Of a stretch of 64,000 bases of DNA, positions 43,701-59,500 are shown in pieces. A program made the translations under genes and the position numbers. The notes under the pieces were generated by a model. It was not told the origin of the DNA, searched no databases, and saw only the letters and a list, made by a program, of their open reading frames with translations. Source of the stretch: Eledone cirrhosa (taxonomy: Eukaryota); NCBI GenBank assembly GCA_964016885.1, contig OZ024744.1, forward strand, positions 122,326,001 through 122,390,000, read 5' to 3'. Positions within the stretch are counted from its first letter, which is position 1; each line of letters starts with the position of its first letter.

Positions 43701-46700
43701 CATTCCCACAACCAATCAACCCACTTGAAAAAGTCATCACAATCACATTCCCACAACCAATCTACTTGAAACAAGTCTTCACAATCACATTCCCACAACC
43801 AATCAACCCACTTGAAACAAGTCTTCACAATCACATTCCCACAATCAATCCACTTGAAGCAAGTCTTCAGAATCACATTCCCACAACCAATCCACTTGAA
43901 ACAAGTCTTCACAATCACATTCAAACAACCACTCCACTTGAAACAAGTCGTCACAATCACATTCCCACAACCAATCCACTTGAGACAAGTCTTCAAATCA
44001 CATTCCCACAACCAATCTACTTGAAACAAGTCTTCACAATCACATTCCCACAACCAATCAACCCACTTGAAACAAGTCTTCACAATCATATTCCCACAAC
44101 CAATCCACTTGAAACAAGTCTTCACAATCACATTCCCACAACCAACCAATCCACTTGAAACAAGTCTTCACAATCACATTCCCACAACCAATCCACTTGA
44201 AACAAGTCTTCACAATCATATTCCCAAAACCAATCTACTTGAGACAAGTCTTCACAATCACATTCAAACAACCAATCCACTTGAAACAAGTCTTCACAAT
44301 CACATTCCCACAACCAACCAATCCACTTGAAACAAGTCTTCACAATCACATTTCCACAACCAATCCACTTGAAACAAGTCTTCACAATCACATTCCCACA
44401 ACCAATTCACCTGAAACAAGTCTTCACAAACACACTGCCACAACCAATCTACTTGAAACAAGTCTTCACAATCACATTCCCACAACCAATCCACTTGAGA
44501 CAAGTCTTCACAATCACGTTCCCAGAACCAATCAACTGGAGACAAGTCTTCACAATCACATCCCACATACAACCCACTTGAGACAAGTCTTCACAATCAC
44601 ATTCCAACAACCAATCAATCCACTTGAACCAACCCACTTGAAACAAGTCTTCACAATCACATTCGCACAATCAATCCACTTGAAACAAGTCTTCACAATT
44701 ACATTCCCATAACCAATCTACTTGAAACAAGTCTTCACAATCGCATTCCCAAACCAATCCACATGAAGCAAGTCTTCACAATCACATTCCCAGAACGAAT
44801 CAACTTGAGACAAGTCTTTACAATCACATTCCCACAAACAATCCACTTGAAGCAAGTCTTCACAATCACATTCACACAACCAATCCACTTGAGACAAGTC
44901 TTCACAATCACATTCCCACAACCAATCAACCCACTTGAAACAAGTCTTCACAATCACATTCCCACAACCAATCAATCCACTTGAACCAAGTCTTCACAAT
45001 CACATCCCACCCACTTGAGACAAGTCTTCACAATCACATTCCCACAACCAATCTACTTGAAACAAGTTTTCACGATCACATTCCAACAACCAATCAATCC
45101 ACTTGAACCAAGTCTTCACAATCACATCACACAACCAACCCACTTGAAACAAGTCTTCACAATCACATTCCCACAACCAACTCACTTTAAACAAGTCTTC
45201 ACAATCACATTCCCACAACCAACCCACATGAAACAAGTCTTCACGATCACATTCGCACAATCAATCCACTTGAAACAAGTCTTCACAATCACATTCCCAC
45301 AACCAATCCACTTGAGACAAGCCTTCACAATCACATTCCCACAACCAATATACTTGAGACAAGTCTTCACGATCACATTCCCACAACCAACGAATCCACT
45401 TGAAACAAGTCTTCACAATCACATTCCCACAACCAATCAACCCACTTGAAACAAGTCTTCACAATCACATTCCCACAACCAATCAATCCACTTGAACCAA
45501 GTCTTCACAATCACATCCAACCCACTTGAGACAAGTCTTCACAATCACATTCCCACAACCAATCCACTTGAAACAAGTCTTCACAATCGCATTCCCAAAC
45601 CAATCAATCCAGTTGAACCAAGTCTTCACAATCACATTCCCACAATCAATCCACTTGTACAAGTCTTCACAATCACATTCCCACAACCAACCAATCCACT
45701 TGAAACAAGTCTTCACAATCACATTCCCACAACCAATCCACTTGAGACAAGTCTTCACAATCACATTCAAACAACCAATCCACATGAAACAAGTCTTCAC
45801 AATCACATTCCCACAACCAATCCACTTGAAACAAGTCTTCACAATCTCATTCCAACTAACCAACCAATCAACTTGAAACAAGTCTTCACAATCACATTCC
45901 CACAACCAATCCACTTGAAACAAGTCTTCACAATCACATTCCCACAACCAATCTAGTTGAAACAAGTCTTCACAATCACATTCCAACAACCAATCAATCC
46001 ACTTGAGCCAAGTCTTCACAATCACATCCCACAACTAACCCACTTGAAACAAGTCTTCACAATCACATTCCCACAACCAATTCACTTGAAACAAGTCTTC
46101 ACAATCACATTCCCATAACCAACCCACATGAAACAAGTCTTCACGATCACATTCGCACAATAAATCCAATTGAAACAAGTCTTCACAATCACATTCCCAC
46201 AACCAATGTACTTGAGACAAGTCTTCACAATCACATTCCCACAACCAACCCACTTGAAACAAGTCTTCACAATCACATTCCCACAATCAATCCACTTGAA
46301 ACAAGTCTTCACAATCACATTCCCCCAACCAATCCACTTGAAACAGTCTTCACAATTACATTCCCACAACGAATCCACATGAACCAAGTCTTTGCAATCA
46401 CATTCCAACAACCAATCCACTTGAAACAGGTCTTCACAATCATATTCCCACAACCAATCCACTTGAAACAAGTCTTCACAATCACATTCCCACAACCAAC
46501 CAATCCACTTGAAACAAGTCTTCACAATCACATTGCCACAACCAATCCACTTGAAATAAGTCTTCACAATCACATTCCCAAAACCAATCTACTTGAGACA
46601 AGTCTTCACAATCACATTCAAACAACCAATCCACTTGAGATAAGTCTTCACGATCACATTCCCACAACAAACGAATCCACTTGAAACAAGTCTTCACAAT

Positions 46701-49700
46701 CACATTCCCAGAACGAATCAACTTGAGACAAGTCTTTACAATCACATTCCCACAACCAATACACTTGAGACAAGTCTTCACAATCACATTCCCACAACCA
46801 ATCTACTTGAAACAAGTCTTCACAATCACATTCCCACAACCAATCAACCCACTTGAACCAAGTCTTCACAATCACATCCCACAACCAACCCACTTGAGAC
46901 AAGTCTTCACGATCACATTCCCACAACCAATCAACCCACTTGAAACAAGTCTTCAATCACATTCCCACAACCAATCTACTTGAAACAAGTCTTCACAATC
47001 ACATTCCCACAACCAACCAACATGAAACAAGTCTTCACAATCAACCCACTTGAAACAAGTCTTCACAATCACATTCCCACAACGAACCAATTCACTTGAA
47101 ACAAGTCTTCACAATCATATTGCCACAACCAATCCACTTGAAACAAGTCTTCACAATCACATTCCCACAACCAACCAATCTACTTGAGACAAGCCTTCAC
47201 AATCACATTCCCACAACCAATCTACTCGAAACAAGTCTTCACAATCAATTCTCTTGTAACAAGTCGTCACAATCACATTCCCACAATCAATCCACTTGAA
47301 ACAAGTCTTCACAATCACATTCCCACAACCAATCTACTTGAGACAAGTCTTCACAATCACATTCCCACAACCAATCAACCCACTTGAAACCAGTCTTCAC
47401 GATCACATTCCCAGAACGAATCAACTTGAGACAAGTCTTTACAATCACATTCCCACAACCAACCCACTTGAAGCAAGTCTTCACAATCACATTCCCACAA
47501 CCAATGCACTTGAGACAAGTCTTCACAATCACATTCTCACAACCAATCTATTTGAAACAAGTCTTCACAATCACATTCCCACAACCAATCAATCCACTTG
47601 AACCAAGTCTTCACAATCACATCCCACAACCAACCCACTTGAGACAAGTCTTCACAATCACATTCCCACAACCAATCAACCCACTTGAAACAAGTCTTCT
47701 CAATCACATTCCCACAACCAACCCACATGAAACAAGTCTTCACAATCAACACACTTGAAACAAGTCTTCACAATCACATTCCCACAATCAATCCACTTGA
47801 AGCAAGTCTTCAGAATCACATTCCCACAACCAATCCACTTGAAACAAGTCTTCACAATCACATTCAAACAACCATTCCACTTGAAACAATTCTTCACAAT
47901 CACATTCCCACAACCAATCAATCCACTTGAATCAAGTCTTCACAATCACATTCCCACAACCAATCCACTTGAGACAAGTCTTCACAATCACATTCCCACA
48001 ACCAATCTACTTCAAAACAAGTCTTCACAATCACATTCCCACAACCAATCAACCCACTTGAAACAAGTCTTCACAATCACATTCCCACAACCAATCTATT
48101 TGAAACAAGTCTTCACGATCACATTCCCACAACCAATCAATCCACTTGAACCAAGTCTTCACAATCACATCCCACAACCAACCCACTTGAAACAAGTCTT
48201 CTGAATCACATTCCCACAACCAACCCACATGAAACAAGTCTTCACAATCAACCCACTTGAAACAAATCTTCACAATCACATTCCCACAATCAATCCACTT
48301 GAAACAAGTCTTCAGAATCACATTCTCACAACCAGTCCACTTGAAACAAGTCTTCACAATCACATTCCCACAAACAATCCACTTGAGACAAGTCTTCACA
48401 ATCACATTCCCACAACGAAAGAAGTCTTCACAATCACATTCCCACAACCAATCCACCTGAAACAAGTTTTCACAAACACATTCCCACAACCAATCTACTT
48501 GAAACAAGTCTTCACAATCACATTCTCACAACCAATCCACTTGAAACAAGTCTTCACAATCACGTTCTCAGAACCAATCAACTTGAGACAAGTCTTCACA
48601 ATCACATCCCACAACCAACCCACTTGAGACAAGTCTTCACAATCATATTCCCACAACCAATCTACTTGAAACAAGCCTTCACAATCACATTCCCACAACA
48701 AATCAACCCACTTGAAACAAGTCTTCACAATCACATTCCCACAACCAATCCACTTGAGACAAGTCTTTACAATCACATTCCTACAACCAATCCACTTGAG
48801 ACAAGTCTTCACAATAACATTCCCACAACCAATCCACTTGAAACAAGTCTTCACAATCACATTCCCAAAACCAACCAATCCACTTGAAACAAGTCTTCAC
48901 AATCAGATTTCCACAACGAACCAATCCACTTGAAACAAGTCTTCACAATCACATTCCAACAACCAATCCACTTGAACCAAGTCTTCACAATCACATTCCC
49001 ACAACCAATCCACTTGAAACAAGTCTTCACAATCACATTCCCACAATCAATCTACTTGGGGCAAGAATTCACAATCACATTCCCACAACCAATCTACTTG
49101 AGACAAGTCTTCACAATCACATTCCCACAACCTACCTACTTGAAACAGGTCTTCACAATCACATTCCCACAACCAATCCACTTGAAACAAGTCTTTACAA
49201 TCAAATTCCCAAAACCAACCAATCCACTTGAAACAAGTCTTCACAATCACATTCACACAACGAATCCACATGAATCAAGTCTTCACAATCACATTCCCAC
49301 AACCAATCCACTTGAAACAATTCTTCACAATCACATTCCCACAACCAATCCACTTGAAACAAATCTTCTCAATCACATTGCCACAACCAACCAACATGAA
49401 ACAAGTCTTCACAATCAACCCACTTGAAACAAGTCTTCACAATCACATTCCCACAACGAACCAATCCACTTGAAACAAGTCTTCACAATTACATTCCTAC
49501 AACCAACCAACCCACTTGAAACAAGTCTTCTCAATCACATTCCCACAACCAACCAACCTGAAACAAGTCTTCACAATCAACCCACTTGAAACAAGTCTTC
49601 ACAACCATATTCAAACAACCAATACACTTGAACCAAGTCTTCACAATCACATTCCCACAACGAATTCACATGAACCAAGTCTTCAAAATCACATTCCAAC

Positions 49701-52700
49701 AACCAACCCACTTGAAACAAGTCTTTACAATCACATTCCGACAACCAATCCACTTGAAACATGTCGTCACAATCACATTCCAACAACCAATCCACTTGAA
49801 ACAAGTCTTCACAATCACATTCCCACAACCAACCCACTTGAGACAAGTCTTCACAATCACATTCCCACAACGAATCAACCCACTTGAAACAAGTCTTCAC
49901 AATCACATTCCCACAATCAATCCACTTGAAGCAAGTCTTCAGAATCACATTCCCACAACCAATCCACTTGAAACAAGTCTTCACAATCACATTCAAACAA
50001 CCATTCCACTTGAAACAAGTCTTCACAATCACATTCCCACAACCAATCCACTTGAGACAAGTCTTCACAATCACATTCCCACAACGAAAGAAGTCTTCAC
50101 AATCACATTCCCACAACCAATCCACCTGAAACAAGTTTTCACAAACACATTCCCACAACCAATCTACTTGAAACAAGTCTTCACAATCACATTCTCACAA
50201 CCAATCCACTTGAAACAAGTCTTCACAATCACGTTCTCAGAACCAATCAACTTGAGACAAGTCTTCACAATCACATCCCACAACCAACCCACTTGAGACA
50301 AGTCTTCACAATCACATTCCCACAAACAATCTACTTGAAACAAGCCTTCACAATCACATTCCCACAACAAATCAACCCACTTGAAACAAGTCTTCACAAT
50401 CACATTCCCACAACCAATCCACTTGAGACAAGTCTTTACAATCACATTCCTACAACCAATCCACTTGAGACAAGTCTTCACAATAACATTCCCACAACCA
50501 ATCCACTTGAAACAAGTCTTCACAATCACATTCCCAAAACCAACCAATCCACTTGAAACAAGTCTTCACAATCAGATTTCCACAACGAACCAATCCACTT
50601 GAAACAAGTCTTCACAATCACATTCCAACAACCAATCCACTTGAACCAAGTCTTCACAATCACATTCCCACAACCAATCCACTTGAAACAAGTCTTCACA
50701 ATCACATTCCCACAATCAATCTACTTGGGGCAAGAATTCACAATCACATTCCCACAACCAATCTACTTGAGACAAGTCTTCACAATCACATTCCCACAAC
50801 CTACCTACTTGAAACAGGTCTTCACAATCACATTCCCACAACCAATCCACTTGAAACAAGTCTTTACAATCACATTCCCAAAACCAACCAATCCACTTGA
50901 AACAAGTCTTCACAATCACATAACGAATCCACATGAACCAAGTCTTCACAATCACATTCCCACAACCAATCCACTTGAAACAATTCTTCACAATCACATT
51001 CCCACAACCAATCCACTTGAAACAAGTCTTCAAAATCACATTCCCACAACCAACCAATCCACTTGAAACAAGTCTTCACAATCACATCCCCACAACCAAT
51101 CCACTTGAGACAAGTCTTCACAATCACATTCAAACAACCAATCCACTTGAAACAAGTCTTCACAATCACATTCCCAAACCAATCCACTTGAGACAAGTCT
51201 TCACAATCAAATTCCCACAACCAATCCACTTGAAACAAGTCTTCACAATCGCATTCCCACAACCAACCAATCCACTTGAAACAAGTCTTCACAATCACAT
51301 CCCCACAACCAATCCACTTGAGACAAGTCTTCACAATCACATTCCCACAACCAATCCACTTGAGACAAGTCTTCACAATCAAATTCCCACAACCAATCTA
51401 CTTGAAACAAGTCTTCACAATCACAATACCACAACCAATCCACTTGAAACAAGTCTTCACAATCACATTCCCACAACCAAGCTACTTGAAACAAGTCTTC
51501 ACAATCACATTCCCACAACCAATCAACCCACTTGAAAAAGTCACCACAATCACATTCCCACAACCAATCTACTTGAAACAAGTCTTCACAATCACATTCC
51601 AACAAACAATCAATCCACTTGAACCAAGTCTTCACAATCACATCCCACAACTAACCCACTTGAAACAAGTCTTCACAATCACATTCCCACAACAAATTCA
51701 CTTGAAACAAGTCTTCACAATCACATTCCCACAACCAACCCACATGAAACAAGTCTTCACGATCACATTCGCACAATAAATCCACTTGAAACAAGTCTTC
51801 ACAATCACATTCCCACAACCAATCTACTTGAGACAAGTCTTTGCAATCACATTCCAACAACCAATCCACTTGAAACAGGTCTTCACAATCATATTCCCAC
51901 AACCAATCCACTTGAAACAAGTCTTCACAATCACATTCCCACAACCAACCAATCCACTTGAAACAAGTCTTCACAATCACATTCCCACAACCAATCCACT
52001 TGAAACAAGTCTTCACAATCACATTCCCAAAACCAATCTACTTGAGAAAAGTCTTCACAATCACATTCAAACAACCAATCCACTTGAAACAAGTCTTCAC
52101 AATCACATTCCCACAACCAATCCACTTGAGACAAGTCTTCACAATCACATTCCCACAACCAATCTACTTGAAACAAGTCTTCACAATCACATTCCCACAA
52201 CCAATCAACCCACTTGAAACAAGTCTTCACAATCACATTCCCACAACCAATCTATTTGAAACAAGTCTTCACAATCACATTCCCACAACCAATCAATCCA
52301 CTTGAACCAAGTCTTCACAATCACATCCCACAACCAACCCACTTGAGACAAGTCTTCACGATCAGATTCCCACAACCAATCAACCCACTTGAAACAAGTC
52401 TTCACAATCACATTCCCACAACCAACCCACTTGAAACAAATCTTCTCAATCACATTCCCACAACCAACCAACATGAAACAAGTCTTCACAATCAACCCAC
52501 TTGAAACAAGTCTTCACAATCACATTCCCACAACGAACCAATCCACTTGAAACAAGTCTTCACAATTACATTCCTACAACCAACCAACCCACTTGAAACA
52601 AGTCTTCTCAATCACATTCCCACAACCAACCAACCTGAAACAAGTCTTCACAATCAACCCACTTGAAACAAGTCTTCACAACCATATTCAAACAACCAAT

Positions 52701-53900
52701 ACACTTGAACCAAGTCTTCACAATCACATTCCCACAACGAATTCACATGAACCAAGTCTTCAAAATCACATTCCAACAACCAACCCACTTGAAACAAGTC
52801 TTCACAATCACATTCCGACAACCAATCCACTTGAAACATGTCGTCACAATCACATTCCCACAACCAATCCACTTGAAAAAAGTCTTCACAATCACATTCC
52901 CAGAACGAATCAACTTGAGACAAGTCTTTACAATCACATTCCCACAACCAATCCACTTGAAGCAAGTCTTCACAATCACATTCCCACAACCAATCCACTT
53001 GAAACAAGTCTTTACAACCACATTCCCACAACGAATTCACATGAACCAAGTCTTCACAATCACATTATCACAACCAACCCACCTGAGACAAGTCTTCACA
53101 ATCACATTCCCACAACGAATCAACCCACTTGAAACAAGTCTTCTCAATCACATTCCCACAACCAACCCACATGAAACAAGTCTTCACAATCAACACACTT
53201 GAAACAAGTCTTCACGATCACATTCCCACAATCAATCCACTTGAAGCAAGTCTTCAGAATCACATTCCCACAACCAATCCACTTGAAACAAGTCTTCACA
53301 ATCACATTCAAACAACCATTCCACTTGAAACAAGTCGTCACAATCACATTCCCACAACCAATCCACTTGAGACAAGTCTTCAAATCACATTCCCACAACC
53401 AATCTACTTGAAACAAGTCTTCACAATCACATTCCCACAACCAATCCACTTGAGACAAGTCTTCACAATCACATTCCCACAACCAATCTACTTGAAACAA
53501 GTCTTCACAATCACAACCAATCTATTTGAAACAAGTCTTCACGATCACATTCCCACAATCAATCAATCCACTTGAACCAAGTCTTCACAATCACATCCCA
53601 CAACCAACCCACTTGAAACAAGTCTTCTCAATCACATTCCCACAACCAACCCACATGAAACAAGTCTTCACAATCAACCCACTTGAAACAAGTCTTCACA
53701 ATCACATTCCCACAATCAATCCACTTGAAACAAGTCTTCAGAATCACATTCCCACAACCAGTCCACTTGAAACAAGTCTTCACAATCACATTCCCACAAA
53801 CAATCTACTTGAGACATGTCTTCACAATCACATTCCCACAACCAATCTACTTGACACAAGTCTTCACAATCACATCCCAAACCAACCCACTTGAGACAAG
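29670..53900 (+). repeat. Higher-order tandem duplication, ~12.4-kb unit x2
   Basis: Markers tgtatc 29831/42195 (offset 12364) and aattctcttgtaac 34875/47247 (12372). ORF pairs 36335/48495 (12160) and 41533/53526 (11993). Confidence 0.93.
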
Positions 53901-56549
53901 TCTTCACAATCACATTCGCACAACCAATCCGCTTGAAACAAGTCTTCACAATCACATTCCCACAACCAATCCACTTGAGACAAGTCTTCACAATCACATT
54001 CCCACAACGAAAGAAGTCTTCACAATCACATTCCCACAACCAATCCACCTGAAACAAGTTTTCACAAACACATTCCCACAACCAATCTACTTGAAACAAG
54101 TCTTCACAATCACATTCTCACAACCAATCCACTTGAAACAAGTCTTCACAATCACGTTCCCAGAACCAATCAACTTGAGACGAGTCTTCACAATCACATC
54201 CCACAACCTACCCACTTGAGATAAGTCTTCACAATCACATTCCCACAACCAATCTACTTGAAACAAGTCTTCACAATCACATTCCCACAACAAATCAACC
54301 CACTTGAAACAAGTCTTCACAATCACATTCCCACAACCAATCCACTTGAAACAAGTCTTCACAATCACATTCCCAGAACGAATCAACTTGAGACAAGTCT
54401 TTACAATCACATTCCCACAACCAATCCACTTGAAACAAGTCTTCACAATCACATTTCCACAACGAACCAATCCACTTGAAACAAGTCTTCACGATCACAT
54501 TCCAACAACCAATCCACTTGAACCAAGTCTTCACAATCACATTCCCACAACCAATCCACTTGAAACAAGTCTTCACAATCACATTTCCACAATCAATCTA
54601 CTTGGGGCAAGTCTTCACAATCACATTCCCACAACCAATCTACTTGAGACAAGTCTTCACAATCACATTCCCACAACGAATCCACATGAACCAAGTCTTC
54701 ACAATCACATTCCCACAACCAATCCACTTGAAAAAATTCTTCACAATCACATTCCCACAACCAATCCACTTGAAACAAGTCTTCACATTCACATTCCCAC
54801 AACCAACCAATCCACATGAAACAAGTCTTCACAATCACATCCCCACAACCAATCCACTTGAGACAAGCCTTCACAATCACATTCAAACAACCAATCCACT
54901 TGAAACAAGTCTTCACAATCACATTCCCACAACCAATCCACTTGAGAGAAGTCTTCACAATCAATCCACTTGAAACAAGTCTTCACAATCACATTCCCAC
55001 AACCAACCAATCCACTTGAAACAAGTCTTCACAATCACATCCCCACAACCAATCCACTTGAGACAAGTCTTCACAATCACATTCAAACAACCAATCCACT
55101 TGAAACAAGTCTTCACAATCACATTCACACAACCAATCCACTTGAGACAAGTCTTCACAATCAAATTCCCACAACCAATCTACTTGAAACAAGTCTTCAC
55201 AATCACAATACCACAACCAATCCACTTGAAACAAGTCTTCACAATCACATTCCCACAACGAATCAACCCACTTGAAACAAGTCTTCACAATCACATTCAA
55301 ACAACCAATCCACTTGAAACAAGTCTTCACAATCACATTCCCACAACCAATCCACTTGAGACAAGTCTTCACAATCAAATTCCCACAACCAATCTACTTG
55401 AAACAAGTCTTCACAATCACAATACCACAACCAATCCACTTGAAACAAGTCTTCACAATCACATTCCCACAAACAAGCTACTTGAAACAAGTCTTCACAA
55501 TCACATTCCCACAACCAATCAACCCACTTGAAAAAGTCACCACAATCACATTCCCACAACCAATCTACTTGAAACAAGTCTTCACAATCACATTCCCACA
55601 ACCAACCCACATGAAACAAGTCTTCACAATCAACCCACTTGAAACAAATCTTCACAATCACATTCCCACAATCAATCCACTGGAAACAATTCTTCAGAAT
55701 CACATTCTCACAACCAGTCCACTTGAAACAAGTCTTCACAATCACATTCCCACAAACAATCTACTTGAGACATGTCTTCACAATCACATTCCCACAACCA
55801 ATCTACTTGACACAAATCTTCACAATCACATCCCAAACAAACCCACATGAGACAAGTCTTCACAATCACATTCCCACAACCAATCCGCTTGAAACAAGTC
55901 TTCACAATCACATTCCCACAAGCAACCAATCCACTTGAAACAAGTCTTCACAATCACATTCCCACAACCAATCCACTTGAGACAAGTCTTCACAATCACA
56001 TTCCCACAACGAAAGAAGTCTTCACAATCACATTCCCACAACAAATCCACCTGAAACAAGTTTTCACAAACACATCCCCACAACCAATCTACTTGAAACA
56101 AGTCTTCACAATCACATTCTCAGAACCAATCAACTTGAGACAAGTCTTCACAATCACATCCCACAACCAACCCATTTGAGACAAGTCTTCACAATCATAT
56201 TCCCACAACCAATCTACTTGAAACAAGCCTTCACAATCACATTCCCACAACAAATCAACCCACTTGAAACAAGTCTTCACAATCACATTCCCACAACCAA
56301 TCCACTTGAGACAAGTCTTTACAATCACATTCCTACAACCAATCCACTTGAGACAAGTCTTCACGATAACATTCCCACAACCAATCCACTTGAAACAAGT
56401 CTTCACAATCACATTCCCAAAACCAACCAATCCACTTGAAACAAGTCTTCACAATCAGATTTCCACAACGAACCAATCCACTTGAACCAAGTCTTCACAA
56501 TCACATTCCCACAACCAATCCACTTGAAACAAGTCTTCACAATCACATT

Positions 56550-59500
56550 CCCACAATCAATCTACTTGGGGCAAGAATTCACAATCACATTCCCACAACC
56601 AATCTACTTGAGACAAGTCTTCACAATCACATTCCCACAACCTACCTACTTGAAACAGGTCTTCACAATCACATTCCCACAACCAATCCACTTGAAACAA
56701 GTCTTTACAATCACATTCCCAAAACCAACCAATCCACTTGAAACAAGTCTTCACAATCACATTCCCACAACCAATCCACTTGAAACAATTCTTCACAATC
56801 ACATTCCCACAACCAATCCACTTGAAACAAGTCTTCACAATCACATTCCCACAACCAACCAATCCACTTGAAACAAGTCTTCACAATCACATCCCCACAA
56901 CCAATCCACTTGAGACAAGTCTTCACAATCACATTCAAACAACCAATCCACTTGAAACAAGTCTTCACAATCACATTCCCAAACCAATCCACTTGAGACA
57001 AGTCTTCACAATCGCATTCCCACAACCAACCAATCCACTTGAAACAAGTCTTCACAATCACATCCCCACAACCAATCCACTTGAGACAAGTCTTCACAAT
57101 CACATTCAAACAACCAATCCACTTGAAACAAGTCTTCACAATCACATTCCCACAACCAATCCACTTGAGACAAGTCTTCACAATCAAATTCCCACAACCA
57201 ATCTACTTGAAACAAGTCTTCACAATCACAATACCACAACCAATCCACTTGAAACAAGTCTTCACAATCACATTCCCACAAACAAGCTACTTGAAACAAG
57301 TCTTCACAATCACATTCCCACAACCAATCAACCCACTTGAAAAAGTCACCACAATCACATTCCCACAACCAATCTACTTGAAACAAGTCTTCACAATCAC
57401 ATTCCAACAACCAATCAATCCACTTGAACCAAGTCTTCACAATCACATCCCACAACTAACCCACTTGAAACAAGTCTTCACAATCACATTCCCACAACAA
57501 ATTCACTTGAAACAAGTCTTCACAATCACATTCCCACAACCAACCCACATGAAACAAGTCTTCACGATCACATTCGCACAATAAATCCACTTGAAACAAG
57601 TCTTCACAATCACATTCCCACAACCAATCTACTTGAGACAAGTCTTCACAATCACATTCCCACAACCAAACCACTTGAAACCAGTCTTCACAATCACATT
57701 CCCACAATCAATCCACTTGAAACAAGTCTTCACAATCACATTCCCACAACCAATCCACTTGAAACAGTCTTCACAATCACATTCCCACAACGAATCCACA
57801 TGAACCAAGTCTTTGCAATCACATTCCAACAACCAATCCACTTGAAACAGGTCTTCACAATCATATTCCCACAACCAATCCACTTGAAACAAGTCTTCAC
57901 AATCACATTCCCACAACCAACCAATCCACTTGAAACAAGTCTTCACAATCACATTCCCACAACCAATCCACTTGAAACAAGTCTTCACAATCACATTCCC
58001 AAAACCAATCTACTTGAGAAAAGTCTTCACAATCACATTCAAACAACCAATCCACTTGAAATAAGTCTTCACAATCACATTCCCACAACCAATCCACTTG
58101 GGACTAGTCTTCACAATCACATTCCCACAACCAATCTACTTGAAACAAGTCTTCACAATCACATTCCCACAACCAATCAACCCACTTGAAACAAGTCTTC
58201 ACAATCACATTCCCACAACCAATCTATTTGAAACAAGTCTTCACAATCACATTCCCACAACCAATCAATCCACTTGAACCAAGTCTTCACAATCACATCC
58301 CACAACCAACCCACTTGAGACAAGTCTTCACGATCAGATTCCCACAACCAATCAACCCACTTGAAACAAGTCTTCACAATCACATTCCCACAACCAACCC
58401 ACTTGAAACAAATCTTCTCAATCACATTCCCACAACCAACCAACATGAAACAAGTCTTCACAATCAACCCACTTGAAACAAGTCTTCACAATCACATTCC
58501 CACAACGAACCAATCCACTTGAAACAAGTCTTCACAATTACATTCCTACAACCAACCAACCCACTTGAAACAAGTCTTCTCAATCACATTCCCACAACTA
58601 ACCAACCTGAAACAAGTCTTCACAATCAACCCACTTGAAACAAGTCTTCACAACCATATTCAAACAACCAATACACTTGAACCAAGTCTTCATAATCACA
58701 TTCCCACAACGAATTCACATGAACCAAGTCTTCAAAATCACATTCCAACAACCAACCCACTTGAAACAAGTCTTCACAATCACATTCCGACAACCAATCC
58801 ACTTGAAACATGTCGTCACAATCACATTCCCACAACCAATCCACTTGAAAAAAGTCTTCACAATCACATTCCCAGAACGAATCAACTTGAGACAAGTCTT
58901 TACAATCACATTCCCACAACCAATCCACTTGAAGCAAGTCTTCACAATCACATTCCCACAACCAATCCACTTGAAACAAGTCTTTACAACCACATTCCCA
59001 CAACGAATTAACATGAACCAAGTCTTCAAAATCACATTCCAACAACCAATCCACTTGAAACAAGTCTTCACAATCACATTCCCACAACCAACCCACCTGA
59101 GACAAGTCTTCACAATCACATTCCCACAACGAATCAACCCACTTGAAACAAGTCTTCTCAATCACATTCCCACAACCAACCCACATGAAACAAGTCTTCA
59201 CAATCAACACACTTGAAACAAGTCTTCACAATCACATTCCCACAATCAATCCACTTGAAGCAAGTCTTCAGAATCACATTCCCACAACCAATCCACTTGA
59301 ATCAAGTCTTCACAATCACATTCAAACAACCATTCCACTTGAAACAAGTCGTCACAATCACATTCCCACAACCAATCCACTTGAGACAAGTCTTCAAATC
59401 ACATTCCCACAACCAATCTACTTGAAACAAGTCTTCACAATCACATTCCCACAACCAATCCACTTGAGACAAGTCTTCACAATCACATTCCCACAACCAA

